Source: Octopus sinensis
Taxonomy: Eukaryota
Assembly: GCF_006345805.1 (NCBI RefSeq)
Contig: NC_042999.1
Span: 133,982,001 to 134,046,000 of the forward strand
Direction of reading: 5' to 3'
DNA: 64,000 nt
Of this stretch, positions 26,622 to 39,944 are shown piece by piece. The stretch's first letter is position 1; every line of letters begins with the position of its first letter. Below the pieces are notes generated by a model. That model worked only from the letters and a program-made list of their open reading frames with translations, was not told where the DNA came from and made no database searches. A program made the translations under genes and the position numbers.

Positions 26622-29335
26622 TTGGTATTGGCAACATGAATGACAATGGCCAGAGACTACTTTAATTTTGCACATACCATAACCTGTGCATCACTAACAC
26701 ATTCTTTGCCAACAAGGCATCCCATAAGGCATCTTGGAGACATCCAAGATCTCACCACTGGCATCAGCTGGATCTCATCATTACACGAAGACCCTTTCTG
26801 AATTCTGTTCAACTGACTCGTAGTTACCACAGCGCGGATTGTGACACAGATCATTCACTAATAAGAAGCAGGGTGAGGATTCTGCCTAAAAAGTCCATCA
26901 CTTCAAGAAAATGCACCGATCACGCATTAACACTGCCAGAACCTCCGACCCTACACTGCGACAATGTTTTGCTGTTTCTATCAAAGTTGCCCTCAGTAGC
27001 TGCCCAACCCCCTCTGCTGAAAGTAGGTGGAATTATATCAGGAAAGCTTTGTATACTACATCAATAGATACTTTTGGCATGAGAGAAAGGCAAAACCCAG
27101 ATTTTGTTCAGTGCTGGGCTCTCAGAGCTGGAAACAGTTATCGAAACAACGCGTGCAGCTCTGATGTAATACAAGAGTGATTCTTCTATAAAGTCACTCG
27201 AAGAACTCAGAAAGGCAAGAAATAAAACCCAACTGACTGTCAGACGCTGTGCAAATAGGTATTGGCAGGAAATCTGTCGGAGTATCCAGTCAGCTGCTGA
27301 CAGTGGCGACACCCGTGGGATGTATGCCGGTTTGAAGAAGGCCTTCGGTCCATCCGCAACCAAGTCAGCCCCTCTGAAATCAACTACTGGGGATCTCATC
27401 AAGGACCAAAGCAAGCAAATGGATAGATGGGTGGAGTACTACCAGGATCTCTACTCACGAGAGACCACGGTAGTTGAGGCTGCAATCGAGGGTGTCAAGA
27501 TCTTGCCAGTCATGTGTGAACTTGATAGTCTGCCATCTATAGCAGAGCTCACCAAGGCTATTGACTCCCTAGCAAGTAACAAGGCTCCGGGAAAAGACAG
27601 CATCCCCTTAGAGATCACCAAAACCGGCAAAAACACCATCCTGCTTCGGCACATTCATGAGCTTCTGTGTCAGTGCTGGGAAGAGGGTACAGTCCCTCAG
27701 GATATGCTGGATGCTAACATCATTACGCTTTACAAAAACAAAGGTGAACTTGGTGATTGTAACAATTACCGTAGAATATCTCTTCTAAGCACTGTTGGAA
27801 AGGCTTCTGCTCGCATTATCCTGTCCAGGCTGCAACTGCTTGCTTCTCGAATTTATCCAGAATCGCAGTGTGGCTTTAGAAGAAGCAGATCAACTATTGA
27901 CATGATTATTCTCCATGCGCAAACTTCAGGAGAAGTCCAGAGAGCAGAAAATGCCATTATTCATTGATCTGACAAAGGCCTTTGACTTGGTAAGTAGAAA
28001 AGGCCTCTTCATCCTGCTCCAAAAAATCGGATGTCCACCAAAGCTGCTGAGGATCATCAAGTCTTTCCATGATGACATGCAAGGCACCATACAGCACAAT
28101 GGTTCAACATCAGCCGCCTTCCAAATAAAAAACGGGGTAAAGCAAGGTTGTGTCCTTGCTCCTACATTATTTGGCATCTTCTTCTCGCTGCTGCTGTCAC
28201 ATGCCTTTGTGACATCATGTGATGGAGTGTTTCTGCACAGTAGAAGTGATGGGAAACTGTTCAATCTCTCGTGTCTGCGTGCCAAGACCAAAATCAGAAG
28301 CGTCCTGATCAAGGAAATGCTATTTGCTGATGATGCCGCTCTGGTATCACACACAGAAGAAGCCATACAAAGGCTCATCAACTGTTTTGAGCAAGCATGT
28401 GGCAACTTTGGCTTATTTATCAGCCTCAAGACCAACATCATGGGTCAGGCTATATCGACCATCCCAAACATACATATTGGAGACCACAGGAGGTGGAGAA
28501 GTTTACCTATTTTGGCTCTACCGTCACCTACAACCTATCCCTTGATACTGAGCTCAATATACGCATTGGCAAGGCAGCTGCTGTGATGGCTCAACTCTCC
28601 AAACGGGCATAGGACAACAATACGCTGACCAAGACCACAAAAATCAACTTTTACCAGGCATGTGTACTTAGCACTCTACTGTATGGAAGTGAGACTTGGA
28701 CGCCATACACACGCCATACACACGCCATACGACGCCATACGTCGCCTAATATCTTTCACCTGCGCTGCCTCCGGAAAATCCTTCGCATCAAATGGCAGAA
28801 TCATGTCCCCGACAAAGATGTCCGCAAGCAAGCAGGAATACCAAGCATGTTTACACTCCTCACACAACTACGTATGAGATGGCTTCGACATGTTAGCCGT
28901 ATGGAAGATGACAGAATCTCCAAGGACATACTCAACGGAGAGCTTGCTAGGGGCACTAGGTCTGTGGGAAGACCGTTCTTACGATACAAGGATGTTTGCA
29001 AAAGGGACATGAATGCCTGCAACATCAATATTACCAACTGGGAAGCAGTTTCCAGCAACCGTGGAAATTGGCGACGTACCGTAAAAGAGGGAACACAAAG
29101 GAGTGACATAGAGGGAGAGGAGAAATGGAAAGACAAGAAAAGACGTCAACAAGAAAGTATGACATTATAAACAGCCAGGCAAAGTCTTCGCTACATTTGC
29201 GGCATCTGCCAAAGGGAGTGTTTGTCCAGGATAGGACTACACATCCACAGCAGGAGATGTATTAGGACATGAAATTACTAGATTATTTTATGCGCAACTC
29301 CATTGTCTCCCGAGACAAAAAGGATGCCAACAACA
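26622..29335 (+). mobile_element. 5'-truncated RTE-clade (BovB-like) LINE
   Basis: Endonuclease C-terminal part (HNLCITNTFF...QLDLIITRR...SADCDTDHSL), RT, C-terminal YICGICQRECLSRIGLHIH zinc-finger-like motif, 3' end ...ggatgccaacaacaa; flanked by a 56-bp direct repeat. Confidence 0.95.
26625..29270 (+). pseudogene. RTE endonuclease/reverse transcriptase pseudogene
   Basis: KAPGKD, NYRRISLLST, PESQCGFRRSRSTIDMI, FIDLTKAFDLV, GVKQGCVLAPTLFGIF, MLFADDAAL; several frameshifts and stops. Confidence 0.95.
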
Positions 29336-29648
29336 ATATATATGGATTTCGTAGACAGGAGCTGAAACAAATCAATCGTATATATATGTATATATGTAAG
29401 TGCATGTTTGTGTCTCTGTCTCTGTGTTTCGCCCTCATCGCTGCTTCACAGCTGCTGTTCATTTATTTACATCCACAAAACTTGCTGGTTTCACAAGAAC
29501 AAATTAATAGAACAAGTACTAGACTTATCAACATAAAAAACCACTAGGCTGTGTCTCGTATTTTTGTTTGCCCACTCAGTTGTATCTATCAATTTATCTT
29601 TGTGTATGGTTGTGTATCTATATCTATATATATATATACGTATATATA

Positions 29649-29694
<46 letters not shown>

Positions 29695-30688
29695 CACCCT
29701 AATGGGATCCTTAACTCCCAAATTTTAGTAATTTCTTTTATGATCCAAAACTACTGAATGGATCTTTATGAAATTTGGAAATTATATTCTAAGCATAAGG
29801 GCCATAACCCCCATGACAATTCATATATTTTTGCTGTTGATGAAATTTTAACCATAGATATTAGACACAAATGAAGTAATATTTATAAAATTTAATCTTC
29901 TTACAAAGTTAGAAAGACCCCCCTCCATGGGGACATAACACCCACAATTTTGTCATTTTATCTAAGCAAAAACGAATACAGTTGTGCTCTTGGAAGCTGT
30001 AAGCTTACCCGAGCATAAAAGTTGGGCATTATTTCTAATTCAATGGTACAACAGTGTAACAGTTTGCTTTGACATACACTTACATTGTGATTTCTGCAAT
30101 GTGGTGCATAAATTGTTAAGTAAATGAGAGGCATCTTTGTCTCCACTGATTCAGATGCAAAGTGTTCAGTAAAGTTATTTGATTGCAGACCTCCTTTCAG
30201 TCTTTTTATTATCACTCGGTCACACATAGTTCCCAGATAGTAACATTGATTCCCAGGTGAGTGACTGGTTATTCAAAGACATTTATAGATTCATTCTGTC
30301 CAGTTACGTATCAGTATAGTGGTCATTTGCAAACTCCAGATGTGATACTTCAATCTCTCCTAAGCCCTCACGTCACACAGTTGTTAATGTTGATTTCAGT
30401 TGGGTCACGCCCTTCCAATTGCTATAGATTCGTAATGCATCTTACGGCTGTGCCTGTCACCTGGATGGTGAGGAATCCTACATTGGGAGTGGTAACGACT
30501 AGGGTAGGGTAACTGACTGCTTATTGTGATCATTCGTCTTTTGGTTTCCATGTGGCAGGATTACAATTTTTTTTAGTGTGTGTAAAGAGGAAAATAACCC
30601 TCATCTGCAATCTTGATGAAATTCGAAACATAAATATTCCAGTTCATTCAGAATATATAACAGAAAAGTCTAATTCTTCAACTGAATG

Positions 30689-30718
30689 TAACCGGGCAAC
30701 GACGAGTATCTCTGCTAG
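30689..30718 (+). mobile_element. Helitron-like 3' terminus
   Basis: Decayed GC-rich hairpin accgggcaacgacgagt, then tctgCTAG|T. Confidence 0.45.
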
Positions 30719-31136
30719 TATTTGTATATAAACCTGTACACTCACTCATATACTCACGCTCATAAACAAACGCATACACACATACATGAACATACGGGTA
30801 TGCATATACTTATATAACCATATCTAACTTTCTACAGATCCAATTTGTCTATTTATCTGACAACACGCCTTAAAAATTGTTGGAACGTTTTATTTACCTT
30901 TTACAGAATGTTCTACAACCAAATTTAATATCTAAATTACGAACAAACTTTGCTAGAAATCTTGCCGCTCGAAGTTTCAGTCATATTACCTATGTATAAG
31001 AACCAACAACCCATATAATTCATAGAAATTGTACGAGACATATGTTGACCACATTTAAGTGCAGACACAACTTGTATATATATACATACATATATGTGTG
31101 TGTATACATATATACATACATACAAATATATATATG

Positions 31137-31192
<56 letters not shown>

Positions 31193-31239
31193 TGTTAGTG
31201 TCCATACTTGCACTTTAAAGTGCGCTATGATATAATCTT

Positions 31240-31445
31240 TTCTACTCTAAGCACAAGGCCCGAAATTTTTAGAGAGGGGGCCAGTCGATTAGATCGTCAG
31301 TATGCAACTGGTACTTAATTTATCGACCTCGAAAGGATGAAAGGCAAAGTTGACATCGGTGGAATTTGAACTCAGAACGTAAAGACAGACGAAATACCAC
31401 TAAGCACTTCGCCCGGCGTGCTAACGTTTCTGCCAGCTGGTCACC
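31240..31445 (-). mobile_element. SINE family C (alternative 3' tail subfamily)
   Basis: ctactctaagcacaaggcccgaaatt...gtcgattagatcg...aactggtacttaatttatcgacctcgaaaggatgaaaggc. Confidence 0.8.
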
Positions 31446-31749
31446 TATGATAAATAAACAATGACCACTTCTTGGCATTTTAACTGCTAATTTTCGTTCA
31501 CACACACACACACACACACATATGAATCATTCTCTATCAATTCCCCTGGGTCACAGGTTTCTGTTTTGGTCCTGTTGCTACCAACTATATCTCAAGCATC
31601 TATTTTCTATCAAATCCGAAAAATCCCTATTTAACACTCCATTCATCCCAAACCGTCAGACCTTAGGCGTTTGACGTTTACCACTTAGATACTTCGCATC
31701 AAAACTACACTGATTCTTATGAACAAAGATCTGAAAAAAAGAAAAAACT

Positions 31750-32200
31750 TCCGATGTAATCATCTTTGATCTTGTTACTTGTGACAGCGCAAATACCGTC
31801 ACTAAACATTACAAGAAAACATTGAACTCTCACCTCCTCAACTTTTACACTATACAGTAGGAATCCTCGTAGTCGCTTGAAGTGACAGACCTTACTATCA
31901 CCAATGAATTAACAAAACGAACACACAACCTCAACATAGCATAGCCTCAATCACAAAGATTGAGCTTCTTCGGAGCAAAAAAAATACTCCAGTTCCCGAC
32001 AATTGCTAACATTCTAAAACATCACTTGGGACCCAAAATGGAGGTCTGTTCTCGCAACATTGATGCTGCTGCTGTCACATATCTAAACATACCAGTCATA
32101 ATCCAAAGAAATGCGGCACAACTGATTAGCGCGAAGTCACTCACTAATACACCACAACCACTAGATCGCAGATTCGCTATTTCAACACTGAAATCTTCTG
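31750..32200 (+). mobile_element. Old CR1/L2-like LINE RT C-terminal remnant
   Basis: Degenerate ...PKMEVCSRNIDAAAVTYLNIPVIIQRNAAQLI..., related to 39945-40200. Confidence 0.45.
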
Positions 32201-34458
32201 AAATTCTCTTTTAGATAGCCATTATATTTACATCAACGCTTTTAAACATGCATACACATCTGTATAGGGAGTTTTATTTTTCATTGTATTTACATAAAAT
32301 GTCATTGAAATGAATTAAATCGGATATATTACATCCCTCGCCATTAGATGTACACATGCATGGTTAATTGAAATGTTTACTTCCGCACATCTATTGTCTA
32401 TACATTTCCTCCAATACAACATACACCACTTAGTTGGTTTGAGACCAAATATAAAATAAGTTAGTAGCATTTAGAGCTGACATGTGGGAAGTTGAAAGCT
32501 TGGCAATGTTTCTATAGAGACAGAACAAGGAGGATAGCAGAGAACTGAAGAGAGAAAGCTAACATATTTGTACGTGTGAAATATAATAAAGGTGTCTTGT
32601 AAAAACTTCCCATCAATAAAAATCCTAATTTATTGATGGGTGTAAGAATTTAAGTTCTATTTGGAATTCAATAAATCCTACAGCACAAAATTGACTGCCA
32701 TTCCATGGTTGCAATGAAATAGAAAGCATGTGGATTGACGACCATGTTCAAATTATCGTACGTCCTTTCTACATTAGAAAATCTGTTTCCAATAAAAGAT
32801 CTAAAGAATAATCACTTGTTTCCCTGTAACATATCTGAGCCTAACGTGGGTGGAGCGGACGGCGCGGGCTGTCAGAGTTCACAATGATTACTCTGTCTCC
32901 CAATCAGTATGACCAGGATAAATAATATCAATGTCTTTCCACCAGCCCAAGAACCTCGTAATCCTTGGAGTAAAACTATCTCACCTACCTCTGGTCTATC
33001 TCGCCTGCTTCTGGCCTGTCTTGCCTGCATTTGGTCAGTCTCGTCTGTCTCGCTTGCTCCTGATTTGATTCGTCTGCTCTCGTCTGTCTCATCCACCTCT
33101 CGTCTGTCTCGCCTGCTTCTGGTGTGCCTCACGACCTCCTGGTCTCTCGCACGACTAAACAGCTGGACTTATTGTGGTGGTGGTTAGGGTTTTCTTCAAA
33201 ATTGCAATCATGAAACGGTCATTTTTTTAGATCAAGGATCCAGGAGGTGTATTTTAAACCGATGGTGTTGCAGTTCTCTGCACCTTCCACGTAACTATGT
33301 CTTTTGTTAAAGTGCTGCATAGTCAGTCTTAGTATTCATTGCTCACTGATGACTGAAGCTTCTTGAAGTCATCGTGCCTCTGCGGCAGTGGTGCTCCTGC
33401 ATTTTCAACAATAAAATACTGTCACATCTGTAACTTCCGACTGGAATATATAGCATAATTGTGATTCACTGGTCTCCTGCATTGAAGTGTCCTCATTTAT
33501 TAATATTTTGGAGTCGATAAATTAAGTACCAGTTGCGTACTGGAGTCGATCTAATCGACTGGCACCTTACTTAAAAATTTCGGGCTTTGGGCCTAGAGTA
33601 GAAAAGAATATTTTGCCATATGCTGGGTTATCGTCAAAATCGACAGACGTCCTATCATGTGTGTTCGTATATAACTATGTATATATATATTAGAGGATGT
33701 GGATGTATGTAAGTATGCATATGTTTTATTTGTTTCACTCGTTGGGCCTCGGCCATACTGGAGCACCGTCCTGTAAATTTTTAATTGAACAAATCGTCCG
33801 CAGGATATATTTTTAATTCTGGTGCTTGTACTTTCACTTTTGACGAAATGCTATATCATATATGTAGGTGTATGTATGTATGTATGTATGCATATATGCA
33901 TGCATGTATGTATGCATGCATATATGTATGTATGTAAGCATGCATATATGTATGTATATATGTATATACGCTTGTATGCACATATGTATGCATCCATGTA
34001 TGTATTTATGCATGTATGTATGTAGGCATGCATATATACATGTATGTATGTATATATGTATATACGCTTGTATGCACATATGTATGTATGCATGCACGTA
34101 TGTATGTATATATGCATGTATGTATGTTGCTTGTATGCATGTATGTATGCATTATTGTATGTAAGTATGCATGTTTGCATGTATGTATACAAGTATGCAT
34201 GTATCTTTGTATGCATGTATGTATGCATGTATGTATGTACGCATGTATGTATGTATGCATGCAGGCATGCATGTATGTATGTATGTATGTATGTATGTAT
34301 GTATGTATGTATGTACGTATGTATGTAAAACGTACAAGAGTTCGACGTACTGTTGTTTTGGAAGTTCATTTCTTTTAAACCATGTTGACGAAGGCTGTAA
34401 TGGAGTTCTATCGATATCTTTATCATAGAAATGTATGTGTGTGTGTGTATGGGCGTGT

Positions 34459-34514
<56 letters not shown>

Positions 34515-35092
34515 CGTGCGTGCGACCTACTCCTGGTCAGCATCATACTGTCATCCAGCCACAAAAAAAAGTACACGTATAAAATGGCACCTAACATAAC
34601 AGAAGGACTTCTCCTGAGCAGAGACTGTTAATTCCTGTCTCCTGTTGTTCCTTCATCAAACATCGTGACACTTCGCGCTCGCGCACACACACATACACAC
34701 AAACACACATAGAGGCGCACACGCACATACACACACACACACACACCACACACACACACACATAAACGCATACACACATGTAAGCACAGAGATATTTAGA
34801 GACATACGCACGTACACAGATTTCTTCGACTAACGCATTCAACGTAATCGTTACCGATTATGCGTGTGTGAGTGAGTGTGTGTGTGTGTGTGTGTGTTTT
34901 AGTATACACCGCTCCGACTCTGCTACCGTTGGTGGTGCTGCTCTAGCTAATGCAGTTAGTTTTCCTCTCCCTTTCTCTCCCTTTTCCTCGTACCTTTTCC
35001 TTTCAGTTTCTCCCTAACACCTTCTTCCCTCCATTTCTTCTCTCTTATACTACTTAAATGTTTGCCGTTTCACCTGCCAATTCGTCTTTTGT

Positions 35093-35174
35093 TCCGACGT
35101 CGTCGGATCTCTGCGTACGGCTTTCATTGCAGTGACGTCAGAGTCACATGATCGTACTGAATTTTCCCGGAAGT
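35093..35174. promoter_or_regulatory. Candidate promoter/enhancer motif cluster
   Basis: Palindrome tccgacg-t-cgtcgga (35093-35107), CRE TGACGTCA (35133-40), gtCACATGa E-box (35143-51), ETS CCGGAAGT (35167-74), in CpG-rich non-repeat DNA. Confidence 0.4.
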
Positions 35175-35628
35175 CATCTGACAATTGACATGGCAGGTGT
35201 TTAATTGTTTGTTCGTTTCTATCTTGAAGTTCTTTCCGCTAACATTCTGGCAGACGTCATCTGTCATCTATGATTCCACTCAGTCGTTTAGTTTCATTCA
35301 AATATTCTCATTCCTTCCTTTATTCCTTCATTCATTCATTCATTCATTCATTCATTCATTCATTCATTCATTCTCTGTTTATGATATTTTTTCTGTCTTT
35401 CTTCGTCAGATTCATCTTTCTTTCCTTTACTTTCCTCCACCTCATCATCATCCTCATCCCTTCTCTTCGTATTTATGTGTCTATGTGTTCGTATGCATAT
35501 ATGTATGTATGTATGTATGTTTGTATGTATGCATGCATGTATGTATGTATGTATGTATGTATGTATGTATGTATGTATGTATGTATGTATATACGTTTGT
35601 ATAGATGAATGTGTGCGTTACTCTGCGT

Positions 35629-35669
<41 letters not shown>

Positions 35670-35817
35670 TGAGAGTGTGTATGTGTGTGTATATATATAT
35701 ATATAGAGAGAGAGAGGGAGAAAGAAAGAGAGAGAAAGACATACACACACCGATGCACACACACATATATGTATGCCTGGATATATAAGTATGCGTGCAT
35801 AGATGTGTGCGTTACTG

Positions 35818-35849
<32 letters not shown>

Positions 35850-36238
35850 TATATACTATAATACACACATCTTTATATGTATGTGTGTACGTGTGTGTGT
35901 GTGTGTGTGGTGTGTGTGTGTGCGTGCGTCTGGGTGTCTGTGTGCCTGTGTGTGTCTGTGTGTTCATAGTGTTACATACACCACGCGCACGAGAATTTGA
36001 AATTAGACATAACTCTTTTGAAAAAAGTAATTTAGCGTCACTGTGTGTAAAAATTGCATTTTATTGAAGAAAACAAACGTCGTTTATTAAATTAAAAATT
36101 ATTAGGAAAAAACGTTGTTGTTAAATGCAATACAAACAAATTATTTTCTCCATGATGTCAGTGCTTCTGCCATTTTGCATATAAAGATAAATTAATTTAG
36201 GTGGCTTTGATCGTGTTTGTGAGTGAATATACGATACA

Positions 36239-37559
36239 CAGTGTGCGATGGATATATTGTCGCAATCGTATATTTTTAATTTCGCACATGCATTTTGTTT
36301 CCATTTGATTTTGTCGACTGCACAATATGGTAGGGTCAGTTGGGCACCGTCTGTGAGAAAAACAGCACCATTATCCAATTCACTCAGCCAGAAATTTGGA
36401 AACGACATGCTGTACTTCTTGGCATACGCACCGGAAGGTCCAATACGAACATTTCGGAGTGTTCGGGTGTTAATCTGTGGATATTGCAGAGGATTCGGAA
36501 GGAGTTGGATGAAGCTAATAGTGATTGCGCAGGTATGGCAACTCGGAAAACTCACTCTGATCGTTCTGTTAAGAAAATAATTCCTGAATTTGTTGTTGAG
36601 ATCCAGGTCATGATTGACAATGACCCCCTCCAAGTCCATCAAGTCCATCAAGTCCATCAAGTCCATCACCAAGGACATGGGAGTGTCTGAGTTTCTTATC
36701 AGGCAGGTAGTGCATGAAGACATTCGGTATGCCTCATATAAGTTGGGGAAAGGCCAATTTTTATCCCAAGCCATCAAGGATAAGAGGAAAGACCGTGCTA
36801 CGCTTTTCAACAAACACAAGCATCCCCTCCAACCGAACATGCTTTGATTTTTCTTAAACGGGAAAAATTTCCGCCAGGATCAGATGGGGAACACACAGAA
36901 CAACTACTGGCTTGAAGTTTCTCCAAAACATGTACCAGAGTGATAAAAATCAAACATCCAGTCAACATCATGGTGTGTGGAGTGATCATTAGTGATGGCG
37001 ACATTATGCCTCCATTCATCTTCTCACACGGCCTCACACTGAACACAGAGGCTTACATTAAGTGCCTGGAGGAGGTAGTGCTGTCCCGGGTCAAGAGGAT
37101 GGCTGCTGGAAGATCTTATGTCTGGCAATAGGACTGTAAACCATGCCACACAAGCAGTAGTACCCACTCATGGCTGTCAGACAATTTCTGCGATCACATC
37201 ACCCCTAACATCTGGCCACGTATCTCCCCAGACTGCACCCTTCCTTGATTATTATGTGTTAGGCGCAGCTGAGCGAGAGAGCAACAAAACTCCTTGTAAC
37301 ACCAAAGATGAACTGAAGGCAAGGGTTATGGCAACATTCACCAACTTAAACAAGGAGTCTATCCAGAAGAGTTGCAGGAGATTCGGAAGCCTTCTTAGAG
37401 GCCGTGGTTGAAGCCTATGGCGATTTTATTGACTAAATATACTCTTTAGTATTTCAAGATATTTTTATGCAGTTTTGGTAAATACATCTGTTAAAATTGA
37501 AAGTTAGCGTTGATTTCATTTTTGCGTAATTTAGACGACAATATGTTCACCGCACCCTG
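36239..37559 (+). mobile_element. maT (DD37D) transposon, full length, decayed
   Basis: TIRs cagtgtgcgatggatatattgtcg / cgacaatatgttcaccgcaccctg. Transposase remnants KHPVNIMVCGVIISDGDIMPPFIF, and W-Q-*-D...SPDC..LDYY with about 37 residues between the last two D; internal (caagtccat)x4. Confidence 0.9.
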
Positions 37560-37817
37560 TTTATAGTTATAAGCCACTGCTTTCTTCTAAAGACGGAATG
37601 TAGATAATCTCTCTATTCTAATCTAACGGTTTAGATCGCATTTCTTTCTGTAGAGATAAAGGTTGTGGTACAGTAACTTTGTTTACAAATATGAATACCA
37701 TACTGCTTAAATGTAAGTAGACACGTATGCACGCAGCGCACATGCATGCAATCACGTACACACACACATACACACATACACACACACACAATATGTGTGT
37801 CTGTATAGAGTATCAAA

Positions 37818-37853
<36 letters not shown>

Positions 37854-38461
37854 ATTGCTTCCCAATCACATGGCTCCGAGTTCAGTTCCACTGCGTAGCA
37901 CCTTGGGCAAGTATCTTCTTGGGCCAAAACCTTGTGAGTGAATTTGGTTGATGGAATCTGAATGAAGCCTGTTGTGTGTGTGTGTGTGTGTGTGTGTATG
38001 CACGTATGTATACATATATGTGTGTATGTCTTTGTGTCTGTGTTTCTTACCCACCATCATCCACACACGCCAGCTTAATTTAATTCATCCTTAGTCGAAA
38101 GAACCTGTTGTTATATCCTGTTATTTGTATTTGTGTAACCATCTCCGTGTTTTCCATCCTTGTTTTCGTATACATTCGCTACTTTCTTCCAAGGAATCTA
38201 AAGCGCTTAGCTTAGTTTTTCCTTGGGGCTGGCCAGATTGGAGCAATCTCGAGTATAACCAGCCAAAATTGCAAAGATAATCTGGAACTCGCCCGAGGAA
38301 AGAAAACTCCGAATGACCTGCACTTGTTTGCTTTGTGTCATCTGTCTGGATGTTTTGTTGTCCCTTTTTTGTATCACCTAATTGTGTGGATGTTCTGCGT
38401 TCTTGTTCCATTTTGTATTTTTTATATATATGTATATTGCGGCGTACGTGCACTTTGGTCT

Positions 38462-38506
<45 letters not shown>

Positions 38507-38644
38507 CGGAGATGTACTCGCATAGCAAGTAATTTGATCTGAGATCGTGTGCTGAAACGAAAACAATTGCAGCGTGGAAGGTGTTTATAAGCCATTTAAG
38601 AAATACACAAAAGCCGTTCGATTCACTTCAACATTTAAGTTTAA

Positions 38645-38694
38645 TTTGTCAAAATATTTTCGTCGCCAAAATCCGCGACCTGTTCACTGACAAA
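38645..38694 (-). ncRNA. Type I hammerhead ribozyme candidate, G3-C8 core variant
   Basis: Exact reverse complement of 38986-39035. Confidence 0.65.
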
Positions 38695-38985
38695 AATCCG
38701 TGCTGCATCTGAGCAAGTAACAGTTGAAATTTGATATTATTGTGATGAGTGGTCACTCTACATCTATCCATCGCTACAGGTTTATAGCTTTATGTTTATA
38801 GTGTGTATGTGCGTGCATATACACACACATACATATATACATACATACATACATACATGCATACACAGGCGTATGTACGTACATGCATACATACATACAT
38901 ACACACATGTATGCATACATACACACATACATACGTACATATATATGACGAACTAACTGTTACTTTCTCAGATGCAGCACGGATT

Positions 38986-39035
38986 TTTGTCAGTGAACAG
39001 GTCGCGGATTTTGGCGACGAAAATATTTTGACAAA
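38986..39035 (+). ncRNA. Type I hammerhead ribozyme candidate, G3-C8 core variant
   Basis: UUUGUCA-GUGAACA-G-GUCGC/GGAUUUUG/GCGAC-GAAA-AUAUUU-UGACAAA: 7-bp stem I, 5-bp stem II, palindromic stem III AAUAUU, predicted cleavage after 39028. Confidence 0.65.
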
Positions 39036-39115
39036 TTAAACATAAATGTTGAAGTGAATCGAACGGCTTTTGTGTGTTTCTTAAATGGCTTATAAACACC
39101 TTCCACGCTGCAATT

Positions 39116-39168
<53 letters not shown>

Positions 39169-39313
39169 AATTAAATACAAGGTTAAAATCTATATAAGAA
39201 TTTATCTAGTTGTCAGCGTGAAAAATCAGTTAACGGAAACAAAATATAATTAACTTATTCCCTTTTACATACATTTATTATATTAAGGGCATTTACATAT
39301 AGTAATGCCCTTC

Positions 39314-39364
<51 letters not shown>

Positions 39365-39394
39365 GTGGGTGTGTGTGTATATATATACATACAT

Positions 39395-39690
39395 AGGCAC
39401 AGGTATGGCTGTATGGCAAGAAGTTTGCCTCCCAAGCACATTCTTCTGGGTTTAGTCTCACTGCGTGGCACCTTGTCCAGGTGTCTTCTACTGTAGCCTG
39501 GTGCCGAGCAAATCTTTGTGAGTGGATTTGGTTGACGGAAACTGAAAGAAGCCCGTCGTATATATGCATATGTTTATATCTGTGTTTGAACCCCAACACT
39601 GCTTGACAATCGGTGGTGGGATCGATCTCTTCGACAAAAACCCTTCAAGGCGGTGGTTACAGTGAAATGACTCAAACAAGTAAAAGATGA
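39395..39690 (+). mobile_element. SINE family A, internally deleted
   Basis: aggcacaggtatggctgtatggcaag head, cactgcgtggcaccttg...gtgtcttctactgtagcc, tail aaatgactcaaacaagtaaaaga. Confidence 0.8.
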
Positions 39691-39944
39691 AATCTATGTA
39701 TATATGAGAGCTTATGTGTTGCGTGATTCACGTGCCAGTCCTAATGTAATACTATACACGCTCCGTCTTGAAGACATTCCTTTCCCCAAATAGAACTGTT
39801 GAGATATTCCAAAGGCGGGAAATGACGAAGTTAATCTTTGTCACTGTATATTACATAGTTTAATACAGTTGATATCAGAGCTACGAGAAAGGCCAGCTCT
39901 GAGAAACAGAAAAGGTTAGCGTAGTGATAGACAAGACATGTGGG

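Larger units (their letters stand above)
38510..39115. mobile_element. Head-to-head inverted pair of hammerhead-bearing repeats (PLE pseudo-LTR-like)
   Basis: Arms 38565-38725 and 38955-39115, 158/161 identical, separated by a 229-bp spacer with a microsatellite. Confidence 0.8.

Noticed and set aside
27320-28586. 215-aa and 223-aa ORFs as intact genes
   Set aside because: They are frameshifted pieces of one RTE reverse transcriptase pseudogene.
28700-28745. (acgccatac)x4 tandem repeat
   Set aside because: A local slippage duplication inside the dead RTE ORF; units abut with no unique spacers, so it is not CRISPR-like.
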